From contig NW_024704742.1 in the NCBI RefSeq assembly GCF_018977255.1, positions 89,034,001 to 89,098,000 on the forward strand: a stretch of DNA of 64,000 nt, in the 5' to 3' direction. The DNA comes from Callorhinchus milii. Its lineage: Eukaryota. The notes beneath the pieces were generated by a model. That model was given only the letters and a program-made list of their open reading frames with translations. It was not told the DNA's origin and made no database searches. This document shows, piece after piece, positions 25,363-38,290 of this stretch (the first letter of the stretch is position 1; each line of letters starts with the position of its first letter). Both the position numbers and the translations under genes were made by a program.

Positions 25363-25947
25363 ATTGTATAATACTATTAAAATAAGATCACAAATGTATG
25401 ACCAACATAAAAATAAACAGCAGCTTTTTAATGTTCATGCTTTCTTGTTTTCTAATTTTCTTACAGCTAAAAAGGGTCGTGGGCTAAATTGTGGAACAAA
25501 ACAACACTACAACACAACTGAATTTATACAGTGCTTTTCAGGAAGGCTAATGTTTGTTAACACTGTCCCATAGGGACATATAATGCCTTTCCATTTGTGT
25601 ATTTTCACAATGCTATATTTTTTTCCTGTGGTAAATCACAATTCCATTCCTATTCAGAGAAGCTCTGGGTAAAATGACCATGTTCCACAAGTCAATTCGA
25701 AATGACAGGGAATCATCGGAACCAAGCCAAAAAAATCTGTTCCTTCAGGCCTAATAATGAGAATCTCTGGACAACATCCAGAACACAACAGTTGAACACA
25801 ATATTTTGAAATAAAACATTTTGAAATATGTCACGACTCGGGGAGAGGTGGGTTTGGGGATTGAAGGTTGAATTAAAATTATTTTCTTAAAAATCATTAG
25901 GGTCTATCATACACAAATAACTCAAAACTATAAATTATGTTGTGTGG

Positions 25948-26328
25948 AGATCCTCACACTTGTGTTCAAATCCCTTCACTCTCTGGCACCTCCCTACCTC
26001 TCCGACCTCCTCACCACCCGGCCCCTCCGCTCGACTGGCACCAGCCTCCTGCTCGTCCCTTGCAACCTCCATCCCACCATTGGAGGTCGCGCTTTCAGCC
26101 ACTACACCCCAAAACTCTGGAACACTCTTCCGCAATCCCTCCGCCTTGCCCCCTCTTTCCCCTTTTTCAAATCCCGCCTGAAAACCTTCCTCTTCGACCG
26201 TGCTTATGGCCACCTCCCGACCCACCCACCCCACCCAGCTAGGAGTCAGGCTCCGGCACTGTTAAACACTCTGGGATGCTACCATGCATGGAGGGCACTA
26301 TATAAGTGCAAGTTGTAGTTGTTGTTGT
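25948..26328 (+). mobile_element. L2 LINE 3' fragment
   Basis: ILTLVFKSLHSLAPPYLSDLL..GGRAFS..LWNTLP..FKSRLKTFLF; (GTT)n tail. Confidence 0.88.
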
Positions 26329-27499
26329 CTTTGTAAAGAGAACTTTGCCTTATAAAGAAGTAAAACAAATGAGTGCTATTTTAGATATAAGATTATAATC
26401 CCACATGTATATCCATCCACCTGTCTTATTTTAATGTTTAATATTTACCCAGGTTGGCTTTGTTTGGAATACTTTTGGGAATATTGACTATTTTCAGTAA
26501 GAACTGAAATGTCTCTGAATCCACGTTGGAGAGACTCTTCAACTTCTTCCAACAACAGACAGATATGAAGACTGTAGCTTGCAGTGGAACATGAAAGTTA
26601 TTGCTCCCTTTAAAGAAAATGAGCATTTTTGAGTCTTTCACAGCAGCTCAGCTTTATTTCTTGGATATTATGATTTCTGCCATCTGCAACTATCACTTTC
26701 AGCAAGACGATTCAATTTCTTGAATGTATTGCTCCTAAACTAGCATTTCACTGTTTATTTCAAATATCAGTGTAATTAACAATCCTTACATTTCGTATAG
26801 TGCCGTATCACGTCATTGAGATGTCTCAAAACATTTCACAAGGGGATTGCTGGCCAGGACATCAGGAGCTACTGCCTTTTATTTTCAAATAGTGCCTATT
26901 CACTTAAGAGTTAAATTAATGTACATTAACACGTGATCAAAAATGAGCAGCAGTTCAAGCAGCTTGTTGTGCTACAGGGGCGATTCTGCACTGGGCTCTC
27001 ACATCATATAAATGTGTTTCTTTTGCCGAAGTATTATTCTGCCTCATTTGTGATTTTGTCCATGTGCATTTATAAATTAGTGCAACGCAATTTTTAAAAT
27101 GTTAGTAGCATTCATATTGTAAATGTAAAATATAATCCTACATGTAAAGTTTCATTGGGTTATTCCCAAGTGGACGGAACACATTTGGGAATCCACTGCA
27201 CTTAGTACCTAGAGCAGATTAATCCCCATCCTTTCTGATTATTTTAATCAGATCATCATAGATCATAAAGGCTCATAATCCATCCTAATCAGTCAATTAA
27301 ACAACTGCAGGCAACGGGTCTGAAGATCTTAATCGATCATGGTTAACCCTTGCTACGCCTCCCTAGTGAGATCATGATCACTAACTTATCTAATTTTGAT
27401 ACGTGACTGTATAATGTTTTTCCACAATTTATCTCAATATGAAATCCTGATAAAAAAATAATACACTGCAGCACTGCCAGTCATTGACAATTTTCCCCA

Positions 27500-27890
27500 T
27501 GTTGGGACTTTAAATTCATATAGTCTAGCCTGACATTCCAGGCTAGACTTGCTGGCGTGTGCCACTGTGGGAGATGTGTTTTGGAGATGATATGTTCTGG
27601 TAAAGAATTATTAAACCAAGGTTCTGTTCAGGTGGAAGTTAAAGACCCCATGTCACTATTCGAAAAAATTAGAAAATTTTCTCCTGGTATCTTGACCAAC
27701 AATATTCCTAATAAAATTGTTTACTCACTTCATGACTGTTTATAGGATGCTGTTGTGGGTAACTAGACTGCTGCATTCATCTACCAATACACAGTCACTA
27801 CACTATGCAGCATATCCTAAGAAGCGCTTTGAGACATCCTCTTCCCATGAAAAGGAACTATATTGAATGCAAGGATTATTATTATTTTAT
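27500..27890 (+). mobile_element. Deu-domain SINE
   Basis: TTAAACCAAGGTTCTGTTCAGGTGGAAGTTAAAGACCCCATGTCACTATTCGAA core; GCAAGGATTATTATT tail. Confidence 0.7.
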
Positions 27891-28434
27891 AGTTTTAGCT
27901 TTAAAACCACAACAATAAATACGATGCAGACGTTTGAAAAAAATCGTCACTTTAATGTTGATTTGGATGCCAGTATTCCAGTTTTTTTTGAAAGCTGACA
28001 TTCAAATTAAGACTGAATTGAAGAATTTTCCAGTATTTTGCATGGTCTTAAATTTTAAGAATGTTTGTCAGACATTAATAAATTCTGGGCCTTTGATCCT
28101 ATTTGCTCATGTTGTCCAGTGCTATCAGGATACAGATTTGGAGTGAGAAAACTTGATTGTACAGTGCTTCCTGCTTCACATTGCATTGAATCAGAGCTGT
28201 TAAAATCATAACAGCTTGGTATTCTGTGTGGTTTACTGCTGTCAAAATTGCAGCATTATTTATGAACAAATATGACAATCACAAGATTTTATGTGTATTT
28301 TGGATTTTTTTAAAGAAAACTAGTGATATGCTAAACTGCTTTTGGTTTATTTTTGTTAATACCAATTTTTTTGTTTAGTTTTGATCAGCTAGATACACAG
28401 CAGAGCCCCCACTGCCAAAATTTTCTATAATTTC

Positions 28435-28605
28435 TGGTCACTCAATCCACGACTGTTTGTGGGACACTGCTGTGCGCAATTGGCTGCCTGTTTTGCCCTC
28501 AAAATATACAGTCAATTCACTTTACAATATATTCTGTAAAGTGCTTTGAGACGTCTCAAAGGCTCGATAAGGCGCTATATCAAATGAAAGGATTATTATT
28601 ATTAC
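28435..28605 (+). mobile_element. tRNA-SINE 3' half
   Basis: TCAATCCACGACTGTTTGTGGGACACTGCTGTGCGCAATTGGCTGCC through GGATTATTATTATT. Confidence 0.8.
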
Positions 28606-29139
28606 CATTCAAAAGTGTCCAAACCAGGGCAGCCTCGATGATGTAAATGGATAAAGCTGCAGCTCACAGACCAGAATCTTTCTGTTTTGAAACCTGGTCT
28701 GTGGTGTTTGCTGATCTTGGCTGGGCTGCCATATTGAGGCTAAATTCATCCCGGCATTCCCAGGGTTAGAGAAGGGAAAATCAGACGGATGTCTGCTTCG
28801 GGTCCCTTTACAGCACCCTCTACTGGCTATGTGCATGTGTAGTAGCTGAGTGTGACACAACACTCCATACTTGAGGGGCTTGCCAAAGCTCACAAATGAA
28901 CAACGTAGGGTACCAGCAAACCAGAGGGCAACCAACATTCATGGAACTATACCCCAGCAACAATGGATCAGGTCACACGCAGAGACATAGGCCAGTGGGG
29001 AGAAATTAGCAAAACATTTACTGAACACACTCATTTTTGAAAAGAAAAAGAAGTCTAAGTTAAACTAATGAGAGTTCCACATATATTTGGAAATGTCCGT
29101 TTGTCTGGAATAAAGTGCACACTACCCACACACCCTATC

Positions 29140-29290
29140 ATCCCCCACGCCCTTGCTGGAGCTTAATCAGCTAAAACCACGTAGCTTACTATTGAGAATA
29201 CTGACTAGCTTCCCACTGCTTGTCCCGCTAGGACCATTGTTCCCATTAAGCACTTGGTTTGCGGGTTGACAGCTCTATGAGACTCATTCT
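29140..29290 (-). mobile_element. Family X fragment, minus strand
   Basis: Reverse complement CCCGCAAACCAAGTGC..GGTCCTAGCGGGACAAGCAGTGGGAAGCT..GGTTTTAGCTGATT matches the 50092 and 10k copies. Confidence 0.55.
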
Positions 29291-30509
29291 CTTCAAATAA
29301 AGTGTACGAGAGACATTGGTTCTGTTACCTTGACTCAAGGGAACATCCAAACAGACAGAAAATTGTTGTCAGGTTTGATGCTATTCTACTGAAATTGTTT
29401 ATTCCTCAAACTATATAGTTTGCCCTCGACAATGCATTAGTAACAGTTCAATCCTCCCCGTTTCTGACCAAACATCAAAGGGATTTGCCTGAATAATAAG
29501 ATAACAGCATGATCGATACACTTTCATCTGCTTTGAACTTTTCTACCTAAAAGACCATCAGGACTTGGTCCTGCACCACTCATGTTGCCACTAATGGATT
29601 TCTAATTTGATCTTCAGTAATGTTAGAGTTTAAAATGCCATTTACTTCATTATGTGAACATAAATCACAGACAGGAGACATTATCATGACCTTGCACTAC
29701 ATTATTTATTAGTCTCTCTAGCATCCTGGTTTAACGTTTCTTTCGAATAAGTCATCCAGTAAGTTTATTATGGATTTTTTTAAGCTTTGGATGTTAATAC
29801 GTGTCCTGATGCAATTCATAATTTATGTATAAATTATTTATTTCCTCATGTAAGACGATGTATCATATTATGGCATATATACATTGTGTGCAAAGAGGTC
29901 ACAATACTGTATTTGGTATGTATACGGTTATGTTAGTCTGTCATATTCACACTGCTTTTGTCTGCTTTGGTTGAGGAATCAACTTCTTCTGAATTGAGGG
30001 GTTGAGAACGTCTTGCCAAAACTGAACTATAACTACTACTTATAATAATCTTTAATAATCCTTACATTTAATATAGCAGTATTCAGCTTGGGAAGACGTC
30101 TCAAAGCGCTTCCCAGGACACACTGTCACTGGCTAAGCATTGCTGAAAAGAACATAGCAACCCAACTCCACGGCAACATCACCAACATTGCTATTCTTCC
30201 CAACTCTCCAGTCTGTAGTCAGACCTGCTTGGAGACTGAACAAGACAGAGAAAATGTTTACCTTAATTGGGACTTTCTTCAATGGTCCTTTCAGCTGTGC
30301 TGAGCAAAGAAGGGCCAACTCATGTTCGGGCTGGTAACAGGTACGCACCCATTCATCATGTTGCATCACACCACAAGGGATTCAGAACAGTCCAGTCAAT
30401 CAATCTTGATCAGAACTTTGTATGTGGTGTCAGTACAGCTTGGTCTGAGAGACGGTGCAGACACGATTGTCTGAATGCCCTCCTGCTGTACTGTACAATT
30501 ACATTCCCT

Positions 30510-31580
30510 TTATCTGTGACCAGAGCTTCTCTCTGCCTCCTCATTCTTCTTGATATCTCTGCCGCCTTCAACACCATCGATTACGCTTTCTTGCTCCACC
30601 ACTTTGCCTCTCAGCTCCAACTTTATGGTTCTGTCCTCTCCTGGTTTCACTCTTACCTATCCCAATGTCTTCACTTTGTCTCTTTGAATAGCTTCTGCCA
30701 CCTGCTGCTGCACTGTCATGTGTGTCTTTCTTAATGGACTCTCCTCAGTCTTCTCCTCTTTAATGGGAGTTTAAGAGGGATAAATTGCACATGTATGCAG
30801 ATGACACCCAACTCCAACTCTCTGCCTCCATTGTTGATTCCAGGAGACTTGCTGTTCTGACCGACTGACCATCGAACAAAAAGTCCTTTCTCCATTTGAA
30901 CATTAACAAGACCAAGGCTCTCCTGCTTGGCTCCTGTCAGCACCTTCACACCTCAGGCACTGACAGCATCAGTCCTCGGATGCATACTCCACCTTATGGA
31001 GCTAGTGTGGATCCATGACTCTCAACTATCATTTAAACCTCACATACATGCTCTGACCTGCTCAGCTTTCCCCCACCTCTGCCTCTACTCCCACTGAGAA
31101 CCTAATCCATGCATTCATCTTGTCCAGGTTAGACTATGCCAACCCTCTGCCCTTTTCCTCTCCTAAATATTATCCCCATCCTCGCCCAGTCCACTGGCTC
31201 CACATCCCCCAGCAGATCAAGTTTAAGATTCTCATCCTAGCCTTTAAATCCCTCCATGGCCTTGGCCCACCTTACCTCTGTGACCTCCCCTAGCCATTCC
31301 CTTAGCTCAGCAGGCACCTGCCTGCCCCACAATTCGCAGTTGACTTTCAGGTACCTGCCCCACCCTCTAGAACTTCATTCCATAGTCCTTTCACCTCGCC
31401 ACTTCAAGGTCCATCTCAAGACCTTCCTCATTGACCATGCTTTCAGCCACCTTCCCTCCTTCCCACCTCTTGACCTCACCCCTTGGCCTAACCCCAGCTC
31501 AGGTACAAACATTGGACTGCACCTTGAGCTATCCTCCCAATGTGAAGGTCACTATATAAATGTAAATTTATATTCTATTG
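30510..31580 (+). mobile_element. Older degenerate L2 LINE fragment
   Basis: [49 protein letters not shown]; many indels. Confidence 0.85.
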
Positions 31581-32520
31581 TACACTTCTCAGAATTTATT
31601 CTAGGCATTACTTTGCAAACATGAGATGAGAGCTCTCTCTAGTTACACACTCTGGCCTTCAGATTCAGATAACCTGAAATGAGAACAAGAGATGGGAAAT
31701 CTGAATATAAACCCAAACCATACCGTAACTCAAAATAACATTTCTATCAAAGGTTTATAGTTTGGGTAGACATCAATTTTTATGTTCATTCTGGTCATGG
31801 TACATCAGAGTTGAAGAACTAAACAAATTTGGTAGACAGTAGCTGCTCTGGGAGTGAAATAGTGAAGATGCAGATGAATACTTTGACATTGGTTTGCTCG
31901 ATAACCATTATGGATCAGGGAGTATAAATACAAAACTTTATGGGTCAGGCTGTAGCCCGCGACATTGTAGGTTTTAGGAGGATGAGGAAAGAACTAATTT
32001 TTACATTCATTCTTATGTTCAATTACCATAAACACAGCCACCACAATTTACAGTAAAATACTGCAAAGCACTTTGAAACATCCTTCCAACATGAAAGGCA
32101 CCAGTTATATCAAATGCAAGTATTATTTATTTAATGGCTAAGATGGAGAGAATAATTTGCAACTATACCGTTTTTGTTACAGATATGAACGCCTTCACTT
32201 ACAACAAGAAATTCCACTGGCTGATTCCAGAAACAGTGATAGAGAAATATATGTTTCTCTTGTGATAAATTGGAAATTGAATTTTATACAGGCTAGATTG
32301 ACACAATGAATGCTGAAACATACAGGGCCTGTAGAGAAACAATATACAGTATACTATTTAGAGTCTACAATTGTAGCAAACATCACAGAGTGTTTACCAA
32401 CTCAAGATGATGTTAAAATACTATAGTTGGGCATTTTTCACGTGTTTAAAATGCTTCATTTTAAGTGGAAATTCCTATTAAACTCAATTAGGAAGAAATT
32501 CCACCTGAGTTTAAATTTAC

Positions 32521-32752
32521 CAAAACACAAAATACTGCAGATGCTGGAATCTGAAACAAAAACAGAGAGAGCTGGGAAAACTCAGCAGGTCAGGCAGCAT
32601 CTATGGAGAAAGGAAAGTGAGTCAACATTTCGGGTCCACGACCTTTCGCCAGTTCTGATGAAGGGTCGTGGACCCGAAACATCGACTCACTTTCCTTTCT
32701 CCATAGATGCTGCCTGACCTGCTGAGTGTTCCCAGCTCTCTCTGTTTTTGTT
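32521..32752 (-). mobile_element. Penelope-like inverted-repeat element with hammerhead motif
   Basis: Near-identical to 233-468; 15 bp TSD TGAGTTTAAATTTAC (32506-32520) / TGAGTTTAAAGTTAC (32753-32767). Confidence 0.82.
32651..32687 (+). ncRNA. Minimal type I hammerhead ribozyme motif
   Basis: AGTT-CTGATGA-A-GGGTC-GTG-GACCC-GAAA-CATC-GACT; perfect 5 bp stem II, AUC triplet; the helix III CG has become CA. Confidence 0.7.
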
Positions 32753-33221
32753 TGAGTTTAAAGTTACTCTATTTATGTAGCATTTTAGCACATCCTGAAT
32801 TTGGACATTTTTGAATTGTCTTTATTGCTTTCCAGAGCGTCCAAAATTTGACAAATCCTTAAATACAGCCTTAAATTACACACCATAGTTCTTTTAAGAA
32901 GTTCTTTTAAGAACTACAATTTCAAAATAATCTGGACCTGTGGGATACAGGTCACGATTCTGTCCAATCTATAACTGCTTGGAGTTGACAGCAATGTAGA
33001 TAAATAGCGATGTACCCTTGACATATGGATAATAGTCATAACAGTATGTCTATGCATATTCATGCTTTTCAATTAATTTAAAATAGTTACTAAATAAATA
33101 AACACAAATACAGTGCTTTGCATTTTTAAATACAAGTCATATCTAAGGAGCTTTCACTAATGACCTTCTACTTTCAGGCTCTCCTCAATTTAATTTTTTT
33201 TCCAATACTCCATGGTTGCAC

Positions 33222-33981
33222 ACAACAACTCACCGCCAATCAGGAACCTCGGTGTCTTGTTCGACCCTCAACTGTCTTTTCTCCCCCACATTCAAGCCAT
33301 GACCTGCTCTGTCTTTCCTCACCTCCGTAACATCGCCCGACTCTGTCACTACCTCACCCCTCAGGCCACTGAAACTCTTGTTCACGCCTTCATCACCTCC
33401 AGGCTCGACTGTGCAAACTCCCTGCTTGTCGGCCTTCCCAACTCCTCCCTCCACAGACTGCAGATAATCCAGAACTCTGCAGCCCGTGTCCTCTCCCGCA
33501 CTAAACTCCGTGACACCATCTCCCCCACTCTCACCCGAGTCCATTGGCTCCCTATCCTTCAGAGGATCCAGTTCAAGATCCTGGTCCTCACATACAAAGC
33601 CCTCCATGGCCTCGCCCCACCTTACCTCTGCGACCTCCTAAAGCCCTACCAACCCGCCCGCTCCCTCCGCTCAGCCGGCTCTGGCCACTCCACAACCCCC
33701 AACCCACCTGCCCCACCATTGGTGGGAGAGCCTTCAGCCACTCTGCCCCCAACCTCTAGAATTTCATCCCCCAGTCACTCCACCTCGCCCCCTCCTTAGC
33801 CTCCTTCAAGTCGTGCCTCAAGACCCTCCTCTTTGACCATGCCATCGGCCACCCCCCTTCCCCTCCCCTCCCTTACCCCCCCAACCCCAGCTCGGGTCTG
33901 AAATGCTGTACTCTATCCAGCTCCTTAGGACGTTCTCCCGACGTGAAACGCTCTATACAAATGTAATCTTGTTGTTGTTGG
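33222..33981 (+). mobile_element. L2 LINE 3' fragment
   Basis: Open frame RNLGVLFD..LVHAFITSRLDCANSLL..LQIIQNSAAR..HWLP..FKIL; (TTG)n tail. Confidence 0.92.
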
Positions 33982-34992
33982 TTCACATACTACAGCAGCT
34001 GGACGTAGCTCACTTGTGCATTGACTAATACAATTCTCCCAAATGCATCCTGAAAACTATGTGCATAATACATTGCGCTAACTGTCAATATAATGGGTGT
34101 AGGCATAATACACACAGTACTGGGTATCTCAGGCATATTATTATATTAAAGCATAGAACCACAAAGCTGTCCTCGTCTCCAAACACTTTGGAGATCAATA
34201 ACCTCTTAGTACGTACTGCATTGCAGAAATGTCTGCTTGTAGACATGGTCTTGAGGATCGGGAAGCAAACACAGGGGCACTAGGGCTTTTGTCTGAACTT
34301 GAAAGACTGTCAAAAGTGCACCAGAGTGCAGACTGTAAATGGATGTCAAAACACCTACATGAACAAGCTATCAATGAAACCTGTCGTGCGTGTGAACATG
34401 GGATAATTTATAGCACCTAAAATGGCATGCTGTTCAAGCTGCTGTGCCTTCCAAAATACCAGCATTCCGCTTTAAAGTTCACGATTAAAACGGATGACTT
34501 GTCAAAACTCAGATTTGTATTGCGTTTCTTTTTTTAACATACAAGCCTTACTTTTTTTTTAACCTTTAGGGATTGTTTCGAAATCAGGCAGATATCCATC
34601 TTGTACAGTTAATTCATTCCAGCTCTGAAGCCGCAAACTAACATTGTGAGATTGATATCACCGCGGACACAGCAGTGCAATGATACATCAAAGTATTGTT
34701 GTAAAAATCTTAAAAATTAAACATGTGACAGACCTGTCATTTAGATGTCAGCCCGGCTCATTTGGTAATACTCTCACCCCTAGGTCAAAAAGTCAATAAA
34801 TCCCATGAAGCGCTTTGAGATATCCTGTTGTTAAGGCCCTATATCAAATGTAAGGATTATTATTATTAACAGGAATGAGTTCAACTTCCACGTCGGGATT
34901 TAGGAATCGTGGACTGGGCTGTACAGTAGAGTATTGGGAGTGCACTGCACTGTTGGTGCTGGCTTTCCGATTAACCTTTTAATCTTAGGTTA

Positions 34993-35509
34993 AATTCTGC
35001 AGCTCGTGTACTCTCGCGCACCAGGCTCCGTGACCCCATCACTCTCACCCTCGCCCGACTCCACCGGCTCCCCATCCCCCAGAGGATCGAGTTCAAGATC
35101 CTCGTCCTCACTTTCAAGGCCATCCATGGCCTTGCTCCCTCCTACCTCTCTGACCTGCTGACTCCCTACCATCCTGCCCCGCGCTCTCTGTTCAGCGGGT
35201 TCTGGCTGCTCCATGTCTCCCCTCCGACCTGCCCTACCATCGGTGGCCGGGCTTTCAGACTCAGTAACTCCTTCAGGAACTCCATCCCATGGTCCCTTCG
35301 CCTCGCCTCCTCCCTTACCTATTTCAAGTTCGGTCTCAAGACCCTTCTCTTCAATTCTGCCTTTGGTCTCCCTCCCACCTCTCTGCCTTCCCTCACCCCT
35401 ACACCACCCCTCCCCCTGCTCGGGCCCCGACACCTGACTGTTCAGCGCTTTGGGACGTCCTCCCGACGTGAAAGGCGCTCTATAAATGTAATTTTGTTGT
35501 TGTTGTTGT
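34993..35509 (+). mobile_element. L2 LINE 3' fragment inserted into a Deu-SINE (~34750-35740)
   Basis: NSAARVL..FKIL, GACGTGAAAGGCGCTCTATAAATGTAATTTTGTTGTTG; Deu core resumes at ~35510. Confidence 0.88.
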
Positions 35510-35927
35510 CAAGTCTCATCTGCCTGTTTCCATGGATGTTATCAAATCCAAAAAGAGAAGGGAGTTTTTCCTGGTGTCCTGGCGAACGATCCTCCAGTTA
35601 AAATGGGTTCAACAGCACCTGGTGGCTGTCAGTGGGAACTTGTTGTATGCAAAATTATGTGTTTGGTTTCAAATGCAATAATAGACTTGACAATAATTAC
35701 AATGCAGCAGTTTGAAACACGTTGCCCTGATAAGGTGCTATAAAAGCAGTCAAATTCTTTCTTTAGATGCTCTTCGCTGCAAACGTATTTTTTGTACAGT
35801 TCTATCCAGGATATAATTATCTGTTTCTATAGCCTCCAATTCACCCAAATCTCTGCGGGTTGGAATATCAGGGAGATCAGCAAAAGAGTGGGTGCGAGTG
35901 AGATTGGGGCAAGGGGCGGGGGCGGGG

Positions 35928-35997
35928 GTGAGAGAGAGTGAGAGAGAGAGAGAGAGAAAGTGAGAGAGAGAGAGAAAGTGAGAAAGTGAGAGAGCGA

Positions 35998-36030
<33 letters not shown>

Positions 36031-36039
36031 TGTGAGAAT

Positions 36040-36074
<35 letters not shown>

Positions 36075-36195
36075 AGAGAGAGAGAGTGAGAGAGAGAGTG
36101 AGAGAGAGAGAGAGAGAGAGAGAAAGTGAGAGAGAGAGAGAAAGTGAGAAAGTGAGAGAGAGAGAGAGAGAGTGAGAGAGAGAGAGTGTGAGAAT

Positions 36196-36230
<35 letters not shown>

Positions 36231-36665
36231 CGAGAGAGAGAGTGAGAGAGAGAGAGAGGGAGAGAGAGAGAGTGAGAGAGAAAGTGAGAGAGAGAGAGAG
36301 TGTGTGAGAATGAATGAGAGAGAGAGAGTGAAAGAGAGAGAGTGTGAGAGAGAGTGAGAGAGAGTGATAGAGAGTGTGAGAGAGAGAGTGTGAGAGAGAG
36401 TAGAGCGAGCGTGTGAGGGAGAGTGTGAGAGAGAGAAAGTGAGAGAGAGTGAGAGAGAGAGAGAGTGTGTGAGAGAGTGAGTGAGAGAGAGTGAAAGAGA
36501 GAGAGTTTGAGAGAGAGTGAGAGAGAGTGATAGAGAGAGTGTGTGAGAGAGAGAGTGTGAGAGAGAGTGAGAGAGAGTGACAGAGAGAGTGTGTGAGAGA
36601 GAGAGTGTGTGAGAGTGAGAGAGAGAGAGTGTGTGAGAGAGAGGGTGAGATAGAGAGAGGGTGTG
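35928..36665. repeat. Imperfect (GA)n / GAGT microsatellite
   Basis: ~740 bp of GA dinucleotide with GT and AA interruptions. Confidence 0.97.
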
Positions 36666-36789
36666 GAATAAATGATAATAATAATCCTTACATTTGGTAC
36701 AGGGCCTTTCACATTGGGACAACTTTCCAAAGCACTTCACAGGATTTTACTGTAAAGTGCAGAGCCTGTGCATTTTTTTGAGACTGCAT

Positions 36790-38290
36790 AAATAGGAAAT
36801 ATTCTCTCCTGAATTACTTTGCCATTTCCTTTTACTATCTTAAACACCTGGATCAGATCACCTCTATTCAAGGGAGTACATAGCCCCAGTTTATCCATTC
36901 TGTCCTCATAACAAAGACCCTTCAATCCCCATATTATTCTAATAAATATATCTGCATGTCCTCCAAGCAGAGCACAGTGTTTATAAAGTGTGATGCCTAA
37001 AACTGCACACAGTACTCAAAATGAGGTCTACATTACTCCCTTTGTTTTATATTACATTCCTCTTAGGATAAAAGCTAACGTCCGATTGGCCTTTTTGAAT
37101 TCTTTTTGTACCTTTGAACTAACCATCAATGATACATGAATCTGAACACTGAGATCCATCACCTAATAATTCCATTCAGAATGATTTGCCAATTTGTCAT
37201 TGCAAGAGCCTCAGTATACTACTTCATATTGTATCACGTTAAACTCCATCTGTCATATCTAAGGCCACATGCTTAGTGCATCTGAATCCTGTTGCAATTT
37301 TTCTTCCCTCATGATCATCATCTGTATTACCTCCTAGCCTGGTGGCATCTGAAAACTTGGATATATGTCCCTCTCTATTCCTTCTTCTAGGTCGTTTGCA
37401 CTCCATCCCACAGTCCCTTCACCTCGCTTCCTCCCTTGCCTCCTTCAAGACCGGTCTCAAGACCCTTCTCTTCGACCGTGTCTTTGGTTTCCCTCCCACC
37501 TCTCTGCCTTCCTTCACCTCTACACCACCCCTCCCCCATGCTCGAGCCCCGACACCTGACTGTTCAGCGCTTTGGGACGTCCTCCTGACGTGAAAGGCAC
37601 TCTATAAATGTAATTTTGTTGTTGTTGTTTTTGTTGATTGTGAATTGCTCTGGCTCCCGCACCAATTCATGGGGAACCTCACTTTTCACTGCCTTCCTGT
37701 TAGAGAATGTGTCTGCCAGTTTCTCTTTGCTTTGCCCCAACCCCCTCCCCCCCACCTCCCCAAACAACGTCAACACCAACTTGCATTTATATGGTGCCCT
37801 TCACCTGATATAGTGCTCGGAGCACTTAACAGTGGCATAGCTTGATACCGAGCCTGAGAGAAAGGGGAGGTGACTGTAGGAAGGCATGGTCGAAGAGAAA
37901 AGTCTTAAGTTCGATTAGTCGATGGAAAATTTTCTATTCATGTCACAGTACTTCCTTAAGTCCCATGCACTTTAACTATTTAATAATCTCTTGTGTGGAA
38001 GCTTATCAAAATGCCATCCATTGATTCTCCCCTGTACAGGACTTCAGTGACTTCCTCAAGCAAACTCTACTGGGTTTCTTGGGTTTTGACCTTCCCTGCA
38101 CAAAACCAGGCTGACTGCCTGATCAGTTCATGCTTGTCTAAGTGTTTAGTTATCTTATCTCTGATATTGGATTCCAATATGTTTCCGAGTACCTTTGTTA
38201 AATTTACTAGCCTGTAGTTTGCTTTTCCTCTCTCCCTTCGTAAAAAATGGTGTGATACATGCAACTCTCTAAATCTAGAGAATTTACACA
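36790..38290 (-). mobile_element. Degenerate CR1 fragments split by an L2 tail (37398-37628, +); mirrored at ~44870-46370
   Basis: NYRLVNLTKVLGNILESNIRDKI and KGLCYEDRMDKLGL..RGDLIQVFKI. Confidence 0.8.

Noticed and set aside
30296..30347. AG..GT-bounded mini-exon candidates (also ~32183, ~34570, ~57826)
   Set aside because: No recognisable protein similarity or consistent exon chain; expected by chance
35750..36740. 326 aa and 181 aa Ser/Leu/His-rich ORFs
   Set aside because: Translations of the (GA)n microsatellite
8795..37628. Apparent + strand bias of LINE copies implying a minus-strand host gene
   Set aside because: Several minus-strand L2 and CR1 pieces exist; counts are too small to be meaningful
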